From Lama guanicoe (Eukaryota): a stretch of DNA of 64,000 nt. How positions within the stretch are numbered: position 1 is the stretch's first letter; each line of letters opens with the position of its first letter. The stretch is from contig MU053934.1 of the NCBI GenBank assembly GCA_013239625.1, forward strand, positions 9,445,352 through 9,509,351, in the 5' to 3' direction. The position numbers and the translations under genes are program-made. Of the stretch, positions 1 through 9,305 are shown one piece after another. The notes below the pieces were generated by a model that ran no database searches, had not been told where the DNA came from, and saw only the letters and a list, made by a program, of their open reading frames with translations.

Positions 1-931
1 GGGGGCACCGTGGGGTGGGGGAGAGGCAGGCAGAGTGAGCTTCTAGCCCTGTATCCAGTGTCCACCAGACAAGCCAAAGGAAATAAGTGCAGTCAGGGCC
101 TCAAAACTCACCTCCCTTCGTGGCGACCTCCCCTGTCCAGAGCCCCTCCAGCAGCTGCCTGCACCGGCCCCAAGGCCCCAGGGCCCCGGGGTGCCTCTCC
201 CTGTCAGGCCACCACAGGCAGTGGAGGTGGTCCCAGAGCCAGGAGAGCTGCTGCCCTGGGCTCTGGGTGACCTGAGGAGATGGCCTCTCCACTGGACCCC
301 AGCATTCTTGTCTGCCTGCCTCAGCAAGATGCTGTGAACTTCGCTGGGTGAATGTGTTTGATGGTGAGTATCGTTCCTTCTTCGGTGAGTCTCTCTCTCA
401 TGCCCCTGTTGAGTCTGGGCATCTCCTACCCATCCTTCAAAACCCTGTTTAGGTCTCACCTCCTCTGGGAAGCCCTTCAAGATACCCTAGAGAGTTCATC
501 ATTCTCTCCTGAACAAGCACAGCCACAGGACCTCCCTCCGTCCCTGGTGGCCAGCCTCTCTGTTCCTAATAGCTGACAGTGACCCCACCTTCTGAGCGCT
601 TCCTGTATGTGAAGCACCCGCTGGGCCCACCTCAGCACCTACTTGTTGAATTCTCACACCCCCGCCACCCAGAAGGCGCATGTTCCCATGGCCCCCACCC
701 TACAGAGGACATAGCCAAGGTTACAGGATGCACCAAGGCAGTAAAAGGAGGACAGGGACATGAACCTAGGATCTGGGTCACCATCAGGCCCCTTGCTTGG
801 CCTCACAAGGACGGAGGGGAAACCTGGTTGGGAAACTGGCCCTCCTCCTGCGGGCCTCAGTGTATAGCTGCAGACAGAGAACGAGATTCAATTTCCTGTA
901 ATAAGCTACAATGGAAAAGAATCTGAAAACA

Positions 932-970
<39 letters not shown>

Positions 971-3900
971 ACATATAACCGAACAGCTTTGCCATGCGCC
1001 TGAAACTAACATTGTAAAGCAACTACACTTCAATAAAATATAAGATAAAAAATGTATATATCTATATCACTGCAGAGTCTACTGCAACCCCAGGAGGAAG
1101 GATGCGGGGCCCCACCTTCCCATCCCCATCCCAGCCCGCCTGCCCCACACACAGAGGGTTGAGAGAATCATTTCCAAAATACAGCCTTTCCCCCTCTAAC
1201 CATAGGTTGATGAGTCTCACTCACAGAGCAACGATTCCTTGGAGGCCGCTGTGATTAGCGCAGCTCTGTCCGTACATCTTGAGCTGCGGGTCCCCTTGAG
1301 GGGTTGAGATTTTGCCAGGTTCCCCAGCTCTGACCGCCCGTGTGCACACCACTCTACAGAGCCACACGTGCCTTTGAATCCCAGTGGTGTGTGGGCCTGA
1401 CCTGAGCCCGCGGTGGAAGGATCTTCATCCCCAAGTGACCAAAGAGGAGACAGAGGCCCAGAGAGGCCCAGGGACCTTTCTGAGACCACACAGCAGAATT
1501 CCTCCCACACTTGGGCAGTCACAGTCTCCTAGGCTGGGAACTGCTCCTCCCAAGGGTGACCTGTCCACGCCTGAGCCAGTGGCCCCCTTCTGCACCCACA
1601 TGGGCTGTGATGCCATGGGAGTGGGCCTGATTCAGCACCCCCCCCCAAGGTCATGCCCACAGGGCTTCTGGGACTGCGGTTGGCACCACCAATAAAGCCA
1701 CAGCGGCAGAGCCGGGAAGAGGCCCAGCCTTGGCAGGGCAGTGGTGAGCGCCCCTCACCCCCCACAGCCAGGTGGTCGGTGAGTAACTGCCCCGTCACCA
1801 TGACTCACTCGGCTCCCCAGAGCGGGCGGTCACCATGAGAAACTCGTACCGGAAGATCTGGGGGATCATTGCAGCCAACCCCCACATCTGGGAGAGGGGG
1901 GCCAGGACCGGAAGGGACCTGCCCAGGACAGTAGGTCCGGCTTGTCCTGGCACAAGACCTCCGCCAGGCCCCCATACCAGCTGACCTCACACCGCAGGCC
2001 CTCTTCCCGGCCTGCGGTCCCCCACCTGCCCTCCCTTCAGCCCTGGCTAACCCCCACCGGCCCTAAGATCTCCTGCTCTGACAACAGAGCAGCACTGGCC
2101 AGAGCTGCCCCAAACGGTCTGCCGGGCCAAGCTCAGAGTCCGGCAGGAGCTCAGGGCTCTTCCAGGCCAGCACACCCGTCTGACCCGATCAGTGGCAGGG
2201 GCCCAGGCATGCATCTGGGATTCTCTGTGCACGGACCACAGCCCAGGACAGGGAGCTGGGAGAGCAGCCCAGATGAAAGGGGCAGGATCAATTGTCCGCC
2301 CGTGTTTGTGATCCCAGCAATGGATGCCTTCTGGAAAGTTCTCTGGAGCAGAAAGAAGCCTCCGCCCAGGGCCCCTCCTGCCCCGGCATTCTCAGATTCC
2401 ACAGGGCCCACCCTCTGGAGCATTATTGCCTTCCTAGGGGGTGCTTACCAGGGATCCCCAACAGTGAGCAAAGCACACTGCACTGGCTACCTCACCTGCA
2501 CTCAGGCCTCAGTAGGATCTTCTTACCACGCTCCCTTTCACCGGCATCGCTGGGGCCCTGCTCCCACCCGTGGCATCTTACACACTTTGTTAGCCCCGTG
2601 CCCACCAGCAAGCAGGGAAACCCCAGGGAGTCTGGGGCCCCCCTTGCTCACTCTCAGAACATCAGAGTTCGTTTCTGCTCAGGAAAAGCTGGAATCAGCA
2701 CTTTCCTCCCCTGGGGCTGAAGGTCAGGCTGGACTGGCACCGGGGCAAGGGTTGCTGAAGGCAAGGCAGGGGGCAGAGTCTGTCTTACTGCTCCCCCTCC
2801 ACCACCCACTCCAGACCCCCACACTGGCCCAGCAACGTTTGGGAAAGCAATTGCCTTTGGAGAATTTCTGCCAACAAAGCTGGCAGTGCACACTGGAGGA
2901 GTGAGCTTATGTGGGCACAGATGGTAGTCCCTGCAGGCCTGAATTTGGGGTGCCAACCCCTAAGGAAAACTTGGGGGCCTATGGAGGTATATTGCCCGCC
3001 ACCTGCCCCAGAGCCCCTCGCTGCTGCCCTGGCATCCCCTCTTACCGGCTCCTGAGCCCGGTGCCCACCTCCTCCGTGATTCTTGCTCCAACCACCCCAG
3101 GAGAACTCCTGGTTTTCCACCCTTGGACCCCCCCACCCGCCACCATGAATGCCAAACCTCAGCCAGCTGGCTCCCAGAGTGGTTTAAGCACAGGAGCTGC
3201 TGATTCTCTAGCAAATATTCAGGTTGAGAAGCTGGGGATTCTGGGGAGGGGGAGGCTTCCCGATCTCAGCCTCCGACCTCTGAGAATCAGTCTGAGGTCT
3301 CAAGACCTCCTGGGTTGAGCCGTTTCCCTCCAGGAGGGACGCCAGATGCAGGACTCTGGCCTGACTCTTTCCTAGCCTGCGTCCCCGATGATCAGGCGGT
3401 CCCGCCCGGCTCCGCGCCCTGCCCCGGCGGCCTGCCCCCCGCCCCTACCCCAGGCGATGCCTCCGCAGCCGGGGCTGCCCGCCGGGCCTGGAGCGCTCTC
3501 TGCGCCTGGACCTTGTAATTATGTCCCACAGCCCGGGAAACCGCGGGCCTCGCAGCATCTGGCTGCGGTTGCGAACTTTTGTTTCAAGATGCGCGACTAT
3601 TTATAGAAGGAAAACTGGTAGGATAGTAATTTCCTAGGAGCTGGAGGAGAAATTGGCTGCGTCTCTATTAAAAGGGGGTGGGGGCGCGACGATTTATTAG
3701 GACTGCGGCCGCGCAGGGGGGAGGGGATGGCACAGGGAGCGGGAAGGCAGCGGCTGCCCCCTCTGGCCGCGTTAGGCGACCCCGGACGTGGCCCGCGTGT
3801 AAAGGAAGGGGAGGGGGAGGGGAGAGAAGGGGAGGGAGAACTGGTTCTGAGGTTTAATCAGTAGCATCCAGCTTAAATTCCCCCAAACGGCGGTTCCATA

Positions 3901-4719
3901 AATCAAACTTCTTTTTAAATCGGAGGCCAGAGCATATGAGTCCCATTAGGAATCGGGCGAAGCCACCGCTGCGCCGACGCGCCCCTCGGCTCTCTGGGCC
4001 CGGTCGGGCCCTGCCCGGAGCTTCCCCGAGCCCCCCGGGCACGGCCCGAGCCGACGCACACGCGCGCCCGCGCTCCTCGCGCTGCCTTGGCCGGGACACC
4101 TGGGCGCACCTCGGCCGGCCGCCCGCGCGCTTGTGCGCCCGCCTCGCCCCAGGTGAGGAGCCTGCCGGGGCGAGAGGCAGGCCGCTCAGCTCGGCGGGAA
4201 GGCGCGCAAAGCCGCAGCAACCTCGGAAGGCAGCTGGGGCGCTGACTGGTGGAAGGCAGCGGGCACGTGTGTGCCAGTGTGTACGCGGGAGAGCCGGCGT
4301 GCGCGTTTAGCCCTCTCGAATGCGGGCTGCGTTTATTCATACAGGGAGGGGGATCCCGTGGGTCTAGGACTCAGCTGGAACGCGCAGGGAATCTCCGCGC
4401 TGCCCGCGCGCCCTCGGGCCCTCGCGCTCGGTGCGCACAGCCAGGTCTATGGGAACTGTCAGGCTTCTAGCGGGACACCCTTTTTCTGAGCTCAAAGCCA
4501 GAACTCACTGCCTCGGCCAGCCCCCTAATTCCTCAACAGTGGCCGCTTAGGCCGGCGAGGAGACCCAAAGTACCCCCTCTCCCGTGCCCGCCGGGCACCC
4601 AGCGCCCCGCCCAGGGACCTCACTGCCTCGCTTTCCCTGCTCGCCCAGTTCCAGAGCTGGAGGCCGGGGAGGGTGCCCCCCACCGCCCGCCCCCCACGCG
4701 TGTGGTCCGCGGCACTCAC
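1..4719 (-). other. WNT7B: WNT7B intron 1 (continues off the left edge)
   Basis: Lies downstream of both first-exon donors. No Wnt cysteine-rich exon is recognisable in 1-4719. Confidence 0.85.
861..1052 (+). mobile_element. L1 3'-end fragment (cetartiodactyl-type 3' UTR) containing a (TA)n microsatellite at about 939-962
   Basis: Motifs aatggaaaagaatctgaaaa and cctgaaactaacattgtaaa...cttcaataaaa followed by an A-rich tail. Confidence 0.8.
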
Positions 4720-5530
4720 AGGTAGCTGCCGCTGGACAGGATGAGAAAGATCTGCGGGCAATAGATGGAGAGGAGCGCGCTGCGCGGTGACAGCAGGAGC
4801 ATGGTGGGCCGACGCTCCTAGCGGGGCTGGGCAGGTCCCTTGGGCAGAGCACCTGGGCCAGCTGACGCTGGGGTCTCCGCGGCCCTCCCCAAGGTAGGGC
4901 GGCGGCACGAGGCGCTAGGGACCCGGACGCGCGGGCTCCGGCTTGGTGGTCACCCGTGCCCGACAACCAAGGCCGTGCATCTCGCTGGGGCTGGGGCTGG
5001 GGCTGCGGTGGGCGCTGGGGCTGGAGTGCCGGGCGGGAGAGTGGGCAGTGGGCAGCTGGTGCGCCTCGGCCGCCGTCTGGCCCCTCGTCCGTCGATCGGT
5101 CGGAACCGGCTCTGTCCTTCACTCTGGCTCACGTCTTCAAGTCTCCTGAGGCGCGCAGCTGCCATTGGACGGGCCACCCCTACATCCGCCTCCTCCGCGG
5201 GCGGGTTTTTTAAAGGGGAGGCTGACCGAAGCGTGCGGCGGGAGCCGCCTCCAGGGCTTGCCCAAACTGCCTTGGCTGAGACAACAGCCCCCACCCCAAC
5301 CAACTTCAGCGAGCCACACCGACCTGGCCTGCTCCGGAGGGTGCACCTTGGGGGAGGCACTGCGGGGGAACCGCGCGGGGGCGTGCACTGCTCCTGGGGA
5401 CTGTGCTCCCCGTGTGTGCTCCCGTGTGCATGCGCGTGCCTGTATGTGCCTGTGTGTGCCTGTGGGAGCGTGGGCGCTTCTGTGAGGGGGCTAGTGTGTG
5501 CGCACAAATGCACTGTGTTTTCTGCGCCTC
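3380..5530. promoter_or_regulatory. WNT7B: CpG island and alternative promoter of the WNT7B MLL exon (boundaries approximate)
   Basis: Very high GC and CpG density around the MLL exon, with GC boxes and a TTTAAAA element near 5206-5214. Confidence 0.85.
4720..4802 (-). CDS. WNT7B: WNT7B alternative first coding exon, MLL isoform (signal peptide); partial CDS
   Basis: Reverse complement reads GGCCCACC-ATG CTC CTG CTG TCA CCG..., giving MLLLSPRSALLSIYCPQIFLILSSGSY(L). Length is 83 nt (27 codons + 2 nt) with donor CT|GTGAGT (4719-4714). Same phase as the MHR exon, and it matches the known alternative Wnt7b N-terminus. Confidence 0.92.
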
Positions 5531-7579
5531 TGTCTGCGCGCGCCCCTGGGTGAGACTGGCTGTGTGTCACATGCACTCACTGCCATAACCAACCAGGCCC
5601 AGCGAGGTATGGTTCACCTGTGCACAAGCCCACTGGTGTCTCTGCCGGGTCCTGCCTCTGAGTCTCTTTGGAGAGGCTGACAGTGGGAAGGCACCTCCAA
5701 CAAGGGCACAGAGGCCCCCAACTCTGGCTTCCCCTTCACTTCTTTTGCTCTCCTTTGAGGGACTGTTTGGGATAGATGTGGGGAGGAGTGGATCCACAAG
5801 AACACACTTTCTCCCAACAAGCCTCCTTCCAGTGACTTTTTTAGGCCCAAAACACAGATTTTGAGTCCCACCTCTTACTGTCTGCCGAGCCTGGCTGCAC
5901 ATGAATGTCCCTCTTGGTGCAGTGTAGACAGACCCTTAGGAGTTAAGGCACAAATAGAGTAGATGATACAAGAAAAGAGGTCTGTGCAGTATGGCCAGTG
6001 GTCCCAGAGAGAGTAGATTTCCTGGCTTCTAGATCTGACGTGAAGACCTCTCCCCAGTGGCCAGGAGGAGGGGGCCTCTCAGGCCCCTGTGTGCCCTTCT
6101 GCCTCTCCTGGCCCCAAGAGCAGGAGGCAGGCATGGAACAAGGCTGGTCCTGGGGCTTTATGACCCCAGTTCCAGTGGGCAGAGGGTGCTCAGACTCCAG
6201 ATGGCTCCTCCCAGCCCTGGCTTGGCCTCCTCCAGGGCTGCGGCTTGGAGGCTGCTCGGTTCCAAAGCGAGAACTGTGACTCCTCACAGCCATTTGTTTT
6301 GAAATTGCTCCAAATCTGAGGCACATCCACTCTTGAAGCCCCCATCCGCAAAAGGATTTCAAGGGCTGAGTTCTCCGTTCCCGCCCACCCAGGAGCTCAC
6401 CCCTGGGCTGCACATCTGCACTGGCGCCCGGGCTGAGGGGCACGTGCATGTGTGGTGGCTGCATGTGCAGAGGTGAGGAGGGGGGAGCACCTCCCTATGT
6501 TCAAAAACAGAGGGGTGTGGGGTGTGGACTGGGGGGGGGGGGGCTGTCATCACAGAATATTCCCCCAACACATACATCTCAGATATTTGCTTTGAACTTT
6601 TATGTCCCCCAAATCCCAGCTCCTGGGGTTCGTGGTACACTGTCTGGAGGAGTCCCCAGGTGCCTGCAGTAGCTGTGATATCATTAACAACAGAGAGATT
6701 TAACTTTATTGGGACAGCGTCCACCCCCAGAGCAAAGGCCCCGAACTAACAACCTGCCCAGTACCCAGTGAAGGAAGTGTAATTACCCCATTTTTCAGAT
6801 GAGGGAAGGTGGGCTGGGAGGTTAAAGAGCTCCCCCAAGGCCACCCAGTGAGGAGCCAGGGGAGGCTGGACCCCCCCAAAACTTGTCCTTCATGCACTGG
6901 GCTTCTAGGTCACTTAGCCTCTTGAGTCACGTTTGGGCCCCTCTGCCCCTCCTCCCTATCTTGTGCAGCCAAGATGACTTGCAAAGAAAGCAAGCCCCTT
7001 CACTGCCATACGGGAACCAGAAATGTGGTCCTGGCAGGGGCTGAGCCCCTCCCTTCTCTCCCCTCCTCTTAGCAGATCCCAGGGCGGCTCTCTGACTTTC
7101 TGGGATGTGGTTCCACAGGGGGGTTTGGAGATCACGTCTTCTCTCCTCCTGGGCGTGGGAGAGTATGTGTTTTAGGAGGCAGGCCAGGGAGAGGAGTCCC
7201 CCCTCAGGGCTCCTTGGTGGGGACAGAGATAGAGCCAGGGCCACTGTCAGGCTGTCTCACACTCTCCCAGAGAGGCTGGCACAGGTGCCCAGGGGCACAG
7301 GCTGAGTCTCACCCACTGAGCTCCTCTCTACTCAGACACTGGCCACCCTCCTGTTAAGGGTGGCCAGAGCTGCGGTCACATTTGCAGAGGAGAATGGGAG
7401 GCTCAGGAAGGGGCGGAGAGGGGGAACCTGCCTGTGGTCACCTGGACCTCGAGCCCTAGTCCCAGCCTTTGGAGTCCGGGCTGGGCCCCAGCCTTCAGCT
7501 CCTTCTGCTTCTTGGGGCTGGGGAGGCAGGAGCTGATTCATAGAGCACTTCCCACAGGAAGAGGGGTCCATGGTGGAAG

Positions 7580-7700
7580 TCCCAGCTCTGCCACTTACTC
7601 TTGTGGACAATTGACTTGTCCACATCTTTGCTCCATCTTTCCTAATACTTAACATGGAGAGAGTAAAAGCACTTACCTCCAGGGCTGCCAGAAGGCAGCA
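7580..7700 (+). mobile_element. MIR SINE fragment. Many other MIR pieces occur, e.g. near 6790, 8020, 10910, 12270, 13200, 15600, 46100 and 59350
   Basis: Recurrent MIR core motifs such as cccagctctgccacttact, ctcagtttcctcatctgtaaaatgg and gaggaaactgagg. Confidence 0.7.
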
Positions 7701-8525
7701 AGGCCCAGTCAGCAGAGAGAAAACCTCATTAGGTGTTGCCTACTGCTTTAGGGAGCCCAGGCAGAGTACCCACAGGGGCTACTGGAGAGTCTGGAAAACA
7801 GTGCCTCCTTCCCCAACCACACCCCCGCCAGCCAACTCAACGCACTGCACCCTCACCTCCCGTAAACAAACACCCAGGGACACAGCCTACACACAGACCC
7901 ACAATAAACAGAGCCACCAGCAGCCACAGACACGCCCACCCAGCCCTGCAGAGTTGAGGCTAGGACAGGGAGCTTCCAGCCCTGTCTCTGAGGCCACTGG
8001 CCTCAGTCCCTGACTGCCCTGGGCCTCAGTTTCTCCATCTGTAAAATGGCGGAGGAGGCGATGGGTGGAGTGGCGATGGATGAAATTATTCTCAGGTTGG
8101 TTTCTACCTCTCAGCCTGGGAGGCCCGTCTCCAGAGGCACTGGGGCGGCCAGCCCTCGGGGTTGTTCGCCGGCGTTGCTCCCAGGCCAGGACCCGCCTGC
8201 CTTCCCGCCGCTGGCAGTTCATAGCAGGCGCGCAGGGTGCATCGGAGCCCGGAGCCGAGGGCGCCCCGGGCGAGGTGCACCAAACCCCCTCACGGTCACA
8301 CTGCTCCCCCCCACCCCACTTCGAGCGAGGCCGAGACAGATTCCGTCTAAAGGAGATCGCAGCTCAACAGGTAAGGACTCGGCTGGGTTCAGGAATGTGG
8401 AAATACGACTCGGAGCAGCTACAGCAGCGAGCAGCGAGCGCGGCCCGCCGGGCGCCCGCCCGCCCGCCGGGCCGCGCAAAGGGGGAGCGCGGGGAGAGGG
8501 GGCCGGGCCGAGGGCCCCGGGCGGG

Positions 8526-8624
8526 NNNNNNNNNNNNNNNNNNNNNNNNNNNNNNNNNNNNNNNNNNNNNNNNNNNNNNNNNNNNNNNNNNNNNNNNNNN
8601 NNNNNNNNNNNNNNNNNNNNNNNN
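8526..8624. other. Assembly gap (99 N). Other gaps: 34376-34512 and 41917-41937
   Basis: Runs of N. Confidence 1.
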
Positions 8625-9037
8625 CCGCCCCAAGCCCCCCGCCCCCCGCCCCGGCGCGCCCTCCAGGCGGCGAGCGCTCGGCCCGGGCTCCGCGCCCAGC
8701 GCAGCCCGGGGGAGGGAAGGCGCGTCCCACCCCCGGGGCCTGGAGCCCAAACAGGTGAAAGTACGCGCCGGGCACGCTCGCCGCTACCCGCGAGCCTGAC
8801 CGCCCGCGCGTCCTGCTCTCCCTCCTCCAGCCGTGGGCCGCGTGCCCCTGCGGAGTACCCGCGGCTCAAAGAGCTCAGCCGCGTCTCTGCCGGACCGGGA
8901 CGAGGGTCCAACACACAGGCCAGTCCCGGATCCCAGAGATCCACCTATGTCCCCCTCCTGTCCCCACGTCCCCTGGAGGCGACTCCCGCCGGCTGCTCTG
9001 ATCCCGGGCAGCGGCCCCTGCCCACGAGGCTACTCAC

Positions 9038-9108
9038 CCGAGCTTCACGTAAAGAACGCCAAAGCAGAGAAACACGTAGAAAATCCACTTGCGAAAGTTT
9101 CTGTGCAT
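9038..9108 (-). CDS. WNT7B: WNT7B first coding exon, MHR isoform (signal peptide); partial CDS, downstream exons outside the window
   Basis: Translates to MHRNFRKWIFYVFLCFGVLYVKL(G), the known WNT7B N-terminus. Length is 71 nt (23 codons + 2 nt), followed by the canonical donor GG|GTGAGT (9037-9032). Lies in a CpG island. Confidence 0.97.
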
Positions 9109-9282
9109 GATCCAGGGAGGGGGTCTGCGCCATAGACAGCAGCGGCCGGAAGGGACGCGTGGGCCTAGCGGGGAACGGGCAGGAGAGGGGGGCTTCCGTG
9201 GACAGCTCTCAGCCAGCGTTGCGGCTCCGGCGGCCGGCGACGCGCGGGCACCCGGCGCGCGCTGCCACCATGGTGAGCCCTG

Positions 9283-9305
9283 GCCGCCGCCGCCGCCGCC
9301 GCCGC
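9283..9305. repeat. (GCC)7 trinucleotide repeat, read as CGG on the WNT7B sense strand, in the probable 5' UTR
   Basis: Directly visible: gccgccgccgccgccgccgccgc. Confidence 0.95.
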
